Positions 28,243 through 40,789 of a DNA stretch of 64,000 bases are shown in pieces. Every line of letters starts with the position of its first letter. The first letter of the stretch is position 1. The notes under the pieces are model-generated. The model saw nothing but the letters and a program-made list of their open reading frames with translations. It was not told the origin of the DNA and searched no databases. The position numbers and the translations under genes are program-made. Source of the stretch: Eledone cirrhosa (taxonomy: Eukaryota); the NCBI GenBank assembly GCA_964016885.1, contig OZ024746.1:15562001-15626000 (forward strand), given 5' to 3'.

Positions 28243-28599
28243 TTGACTCAGTACTGAATTGGAACTTTAAATATCGACCTTGAAAGAATGACAGGCATAG
28301 TAGGAATCGGTGGGGCTTGAACTCAGATCGCAATGAACTGAAACCAATTCCGTGCCACGTTTAATCCGACGTCCTAACCACTCTGATAATTCTCCGCCAT
28401 GACTGAGAATGACATAAATAAATATAACAGTACCTCTTGGACTTGGGACAGTTTTTCAAGAAATAATAGAGAATTTGTGTAGTCTGTGCTCAAGAGGTTA
28501 GTGCCGTAGGTGAAGTAACAATCACTAGCAGTTTCTGAATTCAGTTATTTATTTGCATACTACTGCTCACATTTCATGTTGTTTTATAGATTGTATATA

Positions 28600-29190
28600 T
28601 TTTACAATTCTAGAAACTTTATATATTTCATGATTTTAATAACTTTATACATTTCATTTAGTAAATTTATCTATTTCATGGTTTTGGAAACCTTATACGT
28701 AACATCGTTCTAGAAACCTTGCATAATTAAAGGTTTGGGAAACTTTATACACTTCGTGATTTTAAAAACTCTATATATTTCATAACTGTAAAAACTAAGT
28801 TTTAAAATCTCAATATATTTCATGATTTTAAAACTCTATATACTTTATAGTTTTAAAACCTCTATGTATTCCATAGTTTTAAAACCTCTATATATTTCAT
28901 AGTTTTAAAACAACTATGTATTCCATAATCTTAAAACAACTATGTATTCCATAATTTTAAAACCTCTATATATTCCAGAGTTTTAAAACCTTTATGTATT
29001 CCATAGTTTTAAAACAACTATAAATTTCATAATTTCAAAACCTCTATATACTTCATAGTTTTAAAATTTCTATATACTTCATAGTTTTAAAACCTCTATA
29101 TATGTCATAGTTTTAAAATTTAAAAGCTGTATATATTTCATAGTTTAAACCTGTATATATGTCATAGTTTAAAAGCTATATATATGTCAT
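28600..29190. repeat. Degenerate ~26-27-bp AT-rich tandem repeat
   Basis: Variants of TTTTAAAACCTCTATATATTTCATAG. Confidence 0.85.
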
Positions 29191-29365
29191 GGTATTAAGA
29201 ATGTGGGTCTTCTGGAAATCTTTCCCTTCTCATTTCCTTCCTAAAAGAGGGACCTACAACAATTTAAAGAAAACACCAACAACATCGATCTATCATACAA
29301 CGTAAAGAAATATAAAACATATTTCATTGTTTTGGATGTAAAGCAAACTACTACAACCTATACTG

Positions 29366-29421
<56 letters not shown>

Positions 29422-29491
29422 GCTGTTGTTGTTGCTTCTTTTGCAATACAAAACAAAACTTTGTAGCTGCAACTTAATGCCAACTAATGGT

Positions 29492-29528
<37 letters not shown>

Positions 29529-29970
29529 CGGTACTAGTAGTAATAGTAGTGGTAGTAGTAGCAGTGGTAGTAGTAGTGGTGATGTTAGTAGTAGTGGTAG
29601 TGGTGGTGGTGGTAGTGGTAGTAGTAGTAGTAGTAGTGGTGGTGGCGGTACTAGTAGTAATAGTAGTGGTAGTAGTAGCAGTGGTAGTAGTAGTGGTGAT
29701 GTTAGTAGTGGTAGTGGTAGTCGTAGTAGTAGCAGTGGTAGTAGTAGTAATAGTAGTAGTAGTGGTGGTAGTAGTGGTAGTGGTGGTGGTAGTGGTAGTA
29801 GTGGTAGCAGTGGTAGTAGTAGCAGCGGTAGTGGTAGTATTGCTGTTGCAGTTGCTGTTATCATTAGTATTAGTGTTAGTATTAGTAGTAGTATTAGTAT
29901 TGTAATTGTTCTTTTTGTGATAAGAGAATGTTGTTGCTGCAAACCTCTCTCCCTTTACACATGGCATTTC

Positions 29971-30913
29971 TACCACCACCACCGCCACCACTACCACCAC
30001 CGCCACTACCATCACCACCACTACCATCACCGCCACCACTACCACCACCGCCACTACCATCACCACCACTACCATCACCACCACTACCACCACCGCCACT
30101 ACCATCACCACCACTACCATCACCACCACTACCACCACCGCCACTACCACTACCATCACCACCACTACCATCACCACCACTACCACCACCGCCACTACCA
30201 CCACCGCCACTACCATCACCACCACTACCATCACCACCACTACCACCACCGCCACTACCATCACCACCACTACCATCACCACCACTACCACCACCGCCAC
30301 TACCACTACCATCACCACCACTACCATCACCACCACTACCACCACCGCCACTACCACCACCGCCACTACCATCACCACCACTACCATCACCACCACTACC
30401 ACCACCGCCACTACCACTACCATCACCACCACTACCATCACCACCACTACCACCACCGCCACTACCACCACCGCCACTACCACCACCGCCACTACCATCA
30501 CCACCACTACCACCACCGCCACCACTACCACCACCGCCACTACCATCACCACCACTACCATCACCACCACTACCACCACCGCCACTACCATCACCACCAC
30601 TACCATCACCACCACTACCACTACCACCACCACCACTACCATCACCACCACTACCATCACCACCACTACCACCACCGCCACTACCACCACCGCCACTACC
30701 ATCACCACCACTACCATCACCACCACTACCACTACCACTACTACCACTACCACCACCGCCACTATCACCACCACCACTACCACTACCACCACCAAAACTA
30801 CCACCACCACCGCCACCACTACCACCACCACCACCACCACCACCACCACCACTACCACCACCACCTCCACTACCACTAACACCACCACCACCACCACCAC
30901 CACCACCACCACC
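29971..30913. repeat. Compound (ACC/ACT) repeat with 15-bp higher-order units
   Basis: Units CCACTACCATCACCA and CCACTACCACCACCG. Confidence 0.9.
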
Positions 30914-31125
30914 TTCACACAGCAGCCAGTAATGCACGTTACCCCTATATACATACGCTGTAGGAATTTCTGCTTTATAGGATCTGAGGGTATTAACACA
31001 CAATAGACATGGAGCAGTGGTGGTGGCGGCGGTGAGGGTAGGAGGGAATGTGTGTGTGTGTGTGGGGGGGGGGGGGACTTAAACAGAAATATCCGAATAA
31101 TGATTGGAGCGCACACACACACACG

Positions 31126-31206
<81 letters not shown>

Positions 31207-31302
31207 ACACACACTAGGCTTAGGTGCCATTATACATGTGTTTCCACAGTTTGTGATGTTACTACATGGCTGACAATTGGAGCTATGTGTATATAAGATG
31301 TT

Positions 31303-31399
31303 GCCTACTGAGGATGAGCCAAACATCTTAATGATGCCTTTTATCTAATAATGGTAATTTGTATTATTTCTTGTTGACGTGAAACAGCTCTGTATAGGC
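31303..31399 (+). ncRNA. Hammerhead ribozyme with ~66-nt stem II insert
   Basis: GCCTA-CTGAGGA-(66 nt)-GAAA-CAG CT CTG-TA-TAGGC, following a (CA)n tract. Confidence 0.65.
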
Positions 31400-31523
31400 T
31401 TTAAGAATCAGTATTTACCATCATCAAGTAAGTTCATTGCTTGCCTTCCCACGTTTCTTGTGCCGTTATATCTATATATCTATGCATGTTCTTGGATACG
31501 TTTGTTTAGGTATTATTAACTGG

Positions 31524-31678
31524 GAAAGGCAAAGTTAACCTCGGCGGGATTTGATCTGAGTTCAAATCCCGCCGAGGTTAACTTTGCCTTTCATCCTTAC
31601 AGGGTCGATAAAATAAAGTACCAGTAATACACTGGAATAAAATTGCTGGCCTTGTGCCAAAAGTAGAAACAATTATTA
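31524..31678 (+). mobile_element. 5'-truncated SINE with inverted 5' duplication
   Basis: GAAAGGCAAAGTTAACCTCGGCGGGATTTGA precedes its own reverse complement. Confidence 0.8.
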
Positions 31679-31744
31679 ACTGGTGTGTACGCTCTGACCT
31701 GTTCTTTTCGCAACTGTTTTGTCATCGAGTGATTCCAGACAATA

Positions 31745-32140
31745 TGATCGATCTTTGGCATTGAAGACAGGACCAGTCCACGAACAGGACACCCCTGTGT
31801 AGTGCCAAATGTCCCATCGGTCGCATCGAGAATAAGGACCACATACTGCAGTAGTCTGGGTGTTCAAGGGATCACAGCATTTTAATAAGCTGTTAAAAAA
31901 TCTGAGAGATGTACATGGCGTACATATAAATGTTTTCAAGAGACATCTTGACATTCTACTGACCAAGATCCCGAATTAAGCCACAGCATGAGGCAAAGCA
32001 CAAGTAAGAGCAGCAGCAACAAACTCCCTTTTGCAATAATGGCCAACCAAGGAAGGCTGGCTATGGAAAGTATAGCAGCGGTGGTGGTGCCCCAGCATGG
32101 TCTCAGTCCCTCAGCTAGAACGCAAATTAGAAATAGAAAA
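31745..32140 (+). mobile_element. LINE (CR1/L2-like) 3' end
   Basis: Decayed C-terminus ..[22 protein letters not shown] plus 3' UTR. A reverse copy occurs at 49930-50056. Confidence 0.65.
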
Positions 32141-32186
<46 letters not shown>

Positions 32187-32190
<4 letters not shown>

Positions 32191-32414
32191 ATTAAAATAC
32201 TGGAGCGTGTTGGAGTTAAACACCCTCTTCGTATTATAGAAATGACAGTAAAAGGTATAGCTCAATGCAGTTAAACAGAGCCAAAAAATTAAGAGAGTAA
32301 AACAAAGAATCCTTTAATACATCAAAAGTTTTTATTAGCCGACAATGTTTCGTCCTATTAAGGCTAATAAAAACTTTTGATGTATTAAAGGATTCTTTGT
32401 TTTACTCTCTTAAT
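32187..32414 (-). mobile_element. Fold-back element with a half-hammerhead in the loop
   Basis: Arms 32288-32340 and 32362-32414. The loop reads GGAC-GAAA-CATTG-TC-GGCT on the reverse complement. Confidence 0.75.
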
Positions 32415-32435
32415 ATATATATATATATATATATA

Positions 32436-32592
32436 TTTCTGGACTCTAGTGGTCCAGAAATAGCCGTCGAAACGGCTTGAGCTCAGCCGTCGGGGTCCTA
32501 CTCGTTCCTATATATATATATATGAGCTCAAGCCGTTTCGACGGCTATTTCTGGACCACTAGAGTCCAGAAATAGCCGTCGAAACGGCTTTT
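32436..32592. mobile_element. Family C doubly inverted fragments
   Basis: TCCAGAAATAGCCGTCGAAACGGCTT occurs in alternating orientations, separated by (TA)n. Confidence 0.75.
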
Positions 32593-32690
32593 CATATATA
32601 TATATATATATATACCAAATCAACTTTTCAAATAGAAGTCGAAGTTGAAAGGTATGTCGAATCTATCTATTTATAAGACTGTTTATATTG

Positions 32691-32756
32691 TATTTTGTCT
32701 GAGGAAGGCATAACATATTTTTAATATGATATCCCTGAAATATATATAATGAAATA
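32691..32756 (+). ncRNA. Hammerhead ribozyme
   Basis: TATTTTGT-CTGAGGA-AGG..CATATT TTT AATATG..CCT-GAAA-TATATA-TA-ATGAAATA. Stem I includes GU pairs. Confidence 0.7.
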
Positions 32757-32883
32757 AATATAGTTTTATAAATATAGTTTCCATTTATTTAATATCGTAA
32801 ATATACTCCAAATACTTGTTGAGTGCTTTTATATCAGTTATAAATATTTACTCGTTGTTAACCCAACAATTTAAATAAAACTT

Positions 32884-32951
<68 letters not shown>

Positions 32952-32955
<4 letters not shown>

Positions 32956-33058
32956 AAGGGTGTTCCCAAAAAATATATGTACACTTCAACAGCATTCTAA
33001 TAAATATTGCCTGTACAGGTAATCAAAGTGTGTATACATTTTTGGGGAGACCCTGTAT
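32952..33058. mobile_element. Small Tc1-type MITE
   Basis: Imperfect TIRs: TACAAAGGGTGTTCCCAAAAA ... TTTTTGGGGAGACCCTGTA. Confidence 0.6.
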
Positions 33059-33454
33059 TGTATTTGATGTTTTAAGGGTGTTGCAGTTAGTAAAACTTAG
33101 CTGAGAGAACGATTTCTTGTCAAAGAGCAACATTACACCAATTCCGAAAATGTTGACTGTAGATGTATTGTGAGTTCAGCGTCATATGTTTGGCGATGTG
33201 AGGGAATGTTTCAAGTTGTTTCTTAAGGATGTGTTTGGATATAGTGAATAGTAGAGAATATGTCAAATGTTTAGCTGACGTCAATGGTAATTAGGGGGTG
33301 GGGGTGGCAGGGATATTTTCTTCTTGAAGCTGTCATACATTCTTTGTAGCACGGTTTTATGAGTAAGAGTTGTCTGAATCATGTTTAGAGATAGAAGGTG
33401 AAATGAGATGTGTGTGAATTGGTGGCTTAGGATGAGTATTATTACAATTATTTT

Positions 33455-33648
33455 GGGCGGTGGATTGGCAGTATCGGTAGAGGGTCGGACGCCATGCTTT
33501 AACGCATAGAGTTACGGCCCTTGCCATTCTGAGTTCAAATCCCGCCGAGGTTAACTTTGCTTTTCATCCTTAAGGGGTCGATAAAATAAAGTACCAGTAA
33601 TGCACTGGAATAATTGCTGGCCTTGTGCCAATAATAGAAACAATTATT
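33455..33648 (+). mobile_element. SINE with target-site duplication
   Basis: Flanked by ATTATTACAATTATTTT. Confidence 0.85.
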
Positions 33649-34402
33649 ACAATTATTTTAGATGTATAAAAATACAATGAGTCAGAAAGAATTGTTAGAC
33701 CATTTGTTAGAAGTTAAAGGCAGGACCAGATTTAGATCTTGGGAGACCCAAAACAGTTCAGGTTTGTCGACTGAGACCACGAGGTGGACTGACTCATTTG
33801 TGGTGGTTGTATGTGGAATAGATTTACTTGCATTTTACTATTGAATTGAAGAAGAATCGACCCCTAGTACTCAGGGGCAGTCCCCCACCCACCCCAGAAT
33901 AATTATATTTTCCCCCCAAACTAATTTGTATATGTGCTACAGTTTATGTACATGTTATGTTTATCATATTTGATAACAGCTAAACTAATCACTACAACTA
34001 AATTGACCAAATTTGCCTCCCCCCCCCCCTCCTTCATCCCACAATTCAGAAATGCTTCCACCGCCCCTGGTACTAAATAGTACTTTATTTTATCGACCTT
34101 GAAAAGATGAAAGGCAAGGTCGCTGACCTCGGCGGAATTTGAACTCGGAGAACAGAGAACCGGAAGGAAGACAACAAGGTATTCTATCAGACGTTCTAGT
34201 GATGTCTGCCATTTGTCTGCCTCACAGTCAGGCAACCTCCTTCGTTGGTCGCCATTCACCCAGTTTAATGGGCAGCAACAGGTTTCATTCATGTCAAATT
34301 ATCAGTTAACCTGGGAAATAGTCGGAGTGGAGGGTGGAGAAGAAGATAAAAGAACGCTAGACCAGATGTTCTATCGCACACACATTCACACGCACACACA
34401 CA

Positions 34403-34538
<136 letters not shown>

Positions 34539-34707
34539 TCCCCCACCTCACAATCAGACAGATCTTCTTTTCCAGGGGTAGCTCTCTAAAACTGCTCTTC
34601 CCATTCACCTCTACCATTACAACACACTAATAATGCCTTTTTCCTTATATGGTAATGAAATTTAATAAAATAGACAAGGTTATGTATGTAAATCAATATA
34701 TGTGTGA

Positions 34708-34862
<155 letters not shown>

Positions 34863-34992
34863 ACACATATATATATATATATATATAACACACATATATA
34901 TATATATATTTATTAAAATAACAGATTCAAGTTTAAGCAAAGAATCGGTGCTTTCACCCTTCACATTTATTATTATTACTATATATATATAC

Positions 34993-35043
<51 letters not shown>

Positions 35044-35139
35044 CACACACATACTTTCGTTTTGTTTATAATATATTATTTTATTTTTTGTTTCTACTCC
35101 GGTCACTGAGTACATTCAAAAATTTAGCAGAGTCAAGTA

Positions 35140-35243
<104 letters not shown>

Positions 35244-35823
35244 ATTCAAGTAAGTATGCATTTGTTGAATAACTGTCAATACACACTCATATTTATATAT
35301 GTGTGTGTCTACATATGTATGTATATATATATATATATTTATGTGTATATGTTTCCATGTAACTAAGTATGTAAATGAAATATTGCAGTTATTAATAAGA
35401 AGAATGGAAATCAATGCAAGCAAGATTTTACAGCTTTAGCATCACTCTTTCATAGTTAGCCTATGAATCTTCCACAGCTTTAGCATCACTCTTCCATAGT
35501 CAGCCTATGAACGATTTACAGCTCTAACATCATATTAATTTGCTTTACTAGCAATCTACACGTCAGAGATTTCTTTATTTATATGCTCCACTCATTATAA
35601 ATCACCCTATTATTACCACCTATATCCTTAAAAGAGAAAACCATATTGAATAATGAATTTCTATAATCTCTGTGTAAAAAATATCCATGTTATGCATGAT
35701 GGCTGCAGTATCTATTAACAAATATATTCTGGATCAAGGTGGAATTGAACTAAGGAAATCCAGTTTCATTCGCACTTTCCTAAATTATATATTTAATGTT
35801 AAAAACAGTGGTAAACAGCGAGT

Positions 35824-35915
35824 CAAGTGATAGCTCAGTTGGTAGAGCGTAGGTCTGTAGTTTGTTATAGGTAGTTGTCATACTTAGGTCGACAGTTCGA
35901 ATCCGTCTCACTAGA
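35824..35915 (+). tRNA. tRNA-Tyr(GTA) with 19-nt intron, probably a pseudogene
   Basis: A box TAGCTCAGTTGGTAGAGC, anticodon loop CTGTAG, intron 35861-35879, T loop GTTCGAATCC, acceptor CAAGTGA/TCACTAG. The anticodon stem is mismatched. Confidence 0.75.
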
Positions 35916-36869
35916 TTACTGTAGATTAATGTGAGTGATTAAGTTAAGCTGCGACTTAACAACAAATAAATATTCTAATTTATCCCCGTCTCATCTGTTT
36001 TGTCTCACTGTCGTCACCCTTACCCCACTTTACAGATCATCACAACGATCTGAAGGGTTGTGAGGCAGAGTAAATGACAGGCCCTCATTTCTCATGTAAA
36101 TTGATTTCCTATTCTAATACATTTCATCTGTACACTGTTGTGTGTGTGTGTGTATGTGCATATATATATGCATATTTATCTATTTATATATATAAGCATA
36201 TATTTATGCGGCTGTGTGTGTGTATCTACGTATCCCTTGTCTGTATGTGTATATTTCAGTGTTTATTTATGTGTATATGATTTGCAAAGCATTTCTAGAC
36301 GTGTGCATGTAATTATTCAATTTAACGTTTTGATTAAATTAAGATAAAGGAAATCATTATTACCGGAACATTTTTAATAACTTTAAATAAACATATAATC
36401 GGAAGTATATAATTTTAAAATGAATTCCTTTTTAAAAGATCAATTATCTCTGGTGGGTAAGTGAGTCTCGCTTTTATTTTGACATCCTTTAACCAACATG
36501 GAGTTATGCCCCACCCTACCAGAGGGGGCAGTACCGGATTTTCAATTGTGCTTAGGTGTGCTTAAGCACCGGCCCCATTGGCCAGGGGAGCCCATCTTCC
36601 TGCCTCCCAAAATTTTTACGATTAATTTTTCAAATAGTAAGGGGCCTCATAACTTAACTAGCACAGGGCCTCATTTGTCCTAAATCAGGCACTGAGTGGG
36701 GGCAGTTCCAAGTAATTTCCAGTTGTGTAGATCTGTACCATCGGACGCTAGGAAAAGAGTCAGTAATATTACACTGTCGGGGCTTAGATTGTTTATCCTA
36801 GGAAACAATATGGTTTTTATGCATTTCTCTGTCATCAGTGGTTTTCCTTCTTCAGCTTACATGCCTATC

Positions 36870-37003
36870 AATAATTGTTTCTACTTTAGACACAAGGCCA
36901 GCAATTACCCAGTACATTACTGGTACTTTATTTTATCGACCCCGTAAGGATGAAAGGCAAAGTTAACCTGGGCGGGATTTGAACTCAGACTGTAAAGGGA
37001 CGC
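36870..37003 (-). mobile_element. Truncated SINE with target-site duplication
   Basis: Flanked by CATGCCTATCAATAAT. Confidence 0.85.
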
Positions 37004-37582
37004 CCATGCCTATCAATAATAATAGTTTCTTTATTGGCCACAGGAGACCTACGTTTGGGGGACAATACAAAAAGACAGGGGCAGTGCAGTTTACAATAAA
37101 ATCTACTAAAAAGCAAACATAACAAAGAAAACATAACAATAAGATTCCACAAGGAGGGAGGGGACCACACAGAGGCGACTCAGGAACCCCACAAATCCTG
37201 AACCACCCGACGTTCCGAGAGCACCCCTCTCTTCTTCAAATCAACCTGCCTACAGGTGCAATAATGATAATAATGATTTCTACCATATGCACAAGGCCAA
37301 CAATTTGGGGGGAGGGGAAAGTCGATTAAATCGACCTCGGTGCATTACTGGTACTTTATTTTATCGACCCTGTAAGGATGAAAGGCAACGGTAACCTCGG
37401 CGGGATTTAAACACAGAACGTAAAGAGCCGTAGCTCTATGCCGCTAAACACGTTGTCCGACGCTCTACTGATTCTGTCAGTTCAATGATAATAATCATAA
37501 TAGATGATTATCCAAACCGGTTAAGCAGTGCTTCCACAGCCGTACGTATGTAAGTGTGTATCTAAGTATGTCATTCTCAGCC

Positions 37583-37621
<39 letters not shown>

Positions 37622-37632
37622 GTGTTTCTTAC

Positions 37633-37818
37633 TCTACATAAACATTTAAGTCCATCTACAAACCGCCATATTTTTGTTGTTGTTTTCCCACTGCTGTCAC
37701 AGTCCGAAATACATATGACAGATTTTGAAGATGGCGGCGTCATGGCGGTGATCATAACATTTCTGTTGGCACATGTGTTGTGATAGTTTGATGACCTTGT
37801 ACTGAGGGGCCCCCATGT
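37633..37818 (-). CDS. Candidate 186-nt symmetric coding exon, product unknown
   Basis: Acceptor TTTCCTTTTCAG, donor AGA|GTAAGA, 62 open codons (TWGPLSTR...ICISDCDSSGKTTTKIWRFVDGLKCLCR). Unique sequence between CA/TG tracts. Confidence 0.4.
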
Positions 37819-38029
37819 CTGAAAAGGAAATATGAATAAAACCACACACACACACACACACATACACACACATACACACATATACATGCATATATGCATA
37901 CATATTTTCATACACGTTTGCATATTTCCATATTTACATACTTACACACACACACATCTATACATACATAGACAGATGCATGCATACATACATACATAGA
38001 CAGATGCATGCATACATACATACATACAT

Positions 38030-38445
38030 ACAGTGGCTGTCAACTCGTTTTCGAGTACGGCCACTACTTTATATCCATGTAGGAGAACCCCTACCGATGC
38101 GCTGAACGAGTGTGACTTTTTAGTCCAGCCAGCGACTTGAAAACTCTGGTACAAACACTACACTTGTGACAATTATTGACACATAGTGCTGGGCCCATGG
38201 TACCATCTGACGACAAGTGCTGAGAGATCTCCAGATATAAAGCAATGCCTGTGCTGTGAATCTTTTATAGTGAGCAAAGGCACTGCACAAAGCCAGTCCC
38301 ACTCTCTTAACCGAGATGATATTTACCAAAAAGAAGAACAAGTCAACATCATTGGATACCATCAGGGTTGCAGGTGTTATATCAGAGTTTTCTTTCTCCT
38401 AGAATTCTGCCTTGACAAAGGCTAAGGGGTCATCTCTCCCGGATA
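38030..38445 (-). mobile_element. RTE-like LINE 3' end with C2H2 finger
   Basis: The reverse complement encodes HKCSVCTRVFKSLAGLKSHTRSAHR*, followed by a short UTR and a (TGTA)n tail. Confidence 0.6.
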
Positions 38446-39176
38446 CATACAATAATCATAATAATCAACATACAATAATCATAATACATACATACATACA
38501 TACATACATACATTCATTTATGCATACATACATTCATACATACTTGCATACATGCATACATACATACATACATACATACCTACATACATACATACATACA
38601 TACATACATACATACATACATACATACATACATACATACATACATACATACATAGATACATGCCTACATAGATACATGTGTGTAGTCACGTCTTCAGATT
38701 TACAACAGAGTTTATGACGAGTGACAGTATCTGCAGTGAGACGAATACTTGATCGTTGGTCTTTATTTAACCAACACTGTCAATAGAAAGGGCCGGACTT
38801 GCACCCGTTGAGGGCCTCCAGAGTGTGTGGTCCTAAGCTACAGCTTATTTAGTTTATAGTCCAGAACTGTCCATAGATATTCTACCCCAGTTTCTGTCTG
38901 AACCCTATAGAGGTTAACTTAGTACAGTTAGTGTGAAGTCTGAATATTGGATATTGGATATCGATCTCTATCACATGGTTGTAGATAATATCAGCAATGG
39001 GAAGACTAATGGAAACATCGTTTCTTTGGTCTGATTTGATGAGTTTCACCTCCCACCGAGTAAGCGAATGATGCCTGGGATATTGTTAATCAAACTTTAT
39101 GCTATCCATCACATGGTGATGATCGTTTGTAGAAGTAAGACGATCGCACAATAGAATTCCATAAGAATGGAGTATC

Positions 39177-39238
<62 letters not shown>

Positions 39239-39251
39239 ATATATATATATA

Positions 39252-40410
39252 AGAGAGTATTGAAGTTTGCTTGAAGCATTGTGGAATAATAAGATTTATT
39301 TTCCTTTGGTCGTTTTGGAAGCCTCAACAATGCAGATGGGTAATTCTCCGGGTAACAGGATCCGGTGGTGAAGAGAGAGATGTAAGGGCATGTAGAATGA
39401 GATGTATAGTGTGTAGAGGAATGTAGGAAAGAGCGTAAAAAAAAAAAAAAAATAACACGAGATAGAATTACCTTGGGAGAGATTTAATTGTCCCTATATT
39501 TCGGATTCGCATCCATCAACTGGGGGGTGGGGGTTATCTGTCGGAGAGGAACGGTACGTGTCCTCTGCTGTTCGTTGTTTTGACTAGCTGCGTGCGCGCG
39601 GAATAAGTCCGGTCAAGCAGAGGTAGACGGTCGAAGTAGTTCTTTTAATTGTGGGAGTGGTGTGGCGTTAGCTGTCAATCCATTGTACTATCTATCTGTG
39701 CTGGTTTCTGTATTAGCTGTGTTGTATATTCGTATGGTAGTAGTATTCGTCTGCCTGGTCGGTGGAATGCTACTGTGTGTGTATGTGTGCATGTGTTGTT
39801 GTCTCGTTTGTTTACACCAACCACCTCATTTCGCTTCTCTCGGATCGGTTATTTATTTCTGGCCCTAGGCGTTTAATCCAAAGTGCTTCCTTGATTCGTA
39901 ACGTGCCGACGTTGCGTTCTGTCGCTAGCACTGTGACAATGGGCCTTCCGTCTTTGTTTCCGCATTTGGTTATGTTTCCGGAAAGATGAGGCCCTGGTGT
40001 TGATGTGCTCCTTGATCCGGATGTGTAGCGGCCGGATTGTGCTACCGATATAGTAGTGGTTGCACTTGTCACATTCTACCTTATACACGACATATGTGCG
40101 TAAGCAACAGTTCGTATGGCGCATTGGGCAGTTCCTGAGGGAACATGCGTCAGTCGATTTCCCGGGTTTTCTGGAGAGGTATCTTCGCAGGGAGGGGCCC
40201 GAGTGGGCCAGGTGGATGTCGAGGCCCTCCCTCCGTATAGCGTTGGTGGTATTCTCGCCCAGGTGTGGTATTTTAAGGAAGCACTTGCCTTGGGTGTTTC
40301 TCTGCTTCTTGCGTCTGGTGTCTCTTATTCTGTTTGTGAGCGAGGCAGGGTACCTGTTCGTCTCCAGCACTTTGAGGAATCGCTTCGTGTGGGTGACACC
40401 ACTCACGGGA
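39252..40410 (-). mobile_element. 5'-truncated Penelope-like retroelement (linker, GIY-YIG endonuclease, 3' UTR/pLTR) inserted in (TA)n
   Basis: The minus-strand ORF encodes a GIY-YIG domain. Its 3' region (39252-39560) matches the dispersed copies at 13177-13473 and 26206-26833. It is flanked by TA/TG microsatellites. Confidence 0.9.
39812..40406 (-). pseudogene. PLE GIY-YIG endonuclease domain, frameshifted near 39975
   Basis: FLKIPHLG...CSLRNC...VVYKVECDKCNHYYIGSTIRPLHIRIKEH...FRKH continues in another frame as ITKCGN...LRIKEALWIKRLGPEINNR. It has the VVY/YIG motifs, the catalytic R, the CCHH zinc ligands and the EAxxI...IN terminus. Confidence 0.88.
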
Positions 40411-40451
40411 TCGCTGTATCTATCTGTGTGTGTGTGTGTGTGTGCGTGTGT

Positions 40452-40578
<127 letters not shown>

Positions 40579-40789
40579 ATTTAAAGCGGAATGGTTTTTC
40601 TCAGCCTGTAAAAGAAACGAAGTCTTTATAAATCAGTCTACTCTAATACATTGTTGTGGTTATTGAGCAGATTTGACGATATCATTATTGTGTGTAACAA
40701 TTGTTATTGGGTCTATTCTTGTTGTTGTTGTTGTGGTGTTGGTGAATTGTTGTTGGTTCTGTTGTTGTTGTTGTGGTGGTGGTGGTGAA

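Noticed and set aside
29293-31326. 677-aa, Gly-rich, His-rich and Pro-rich (extensin-like) ORFs
   Set aside because: They come from trinucleotide-derived repeat that is open on both strands, with no splice or domain support.
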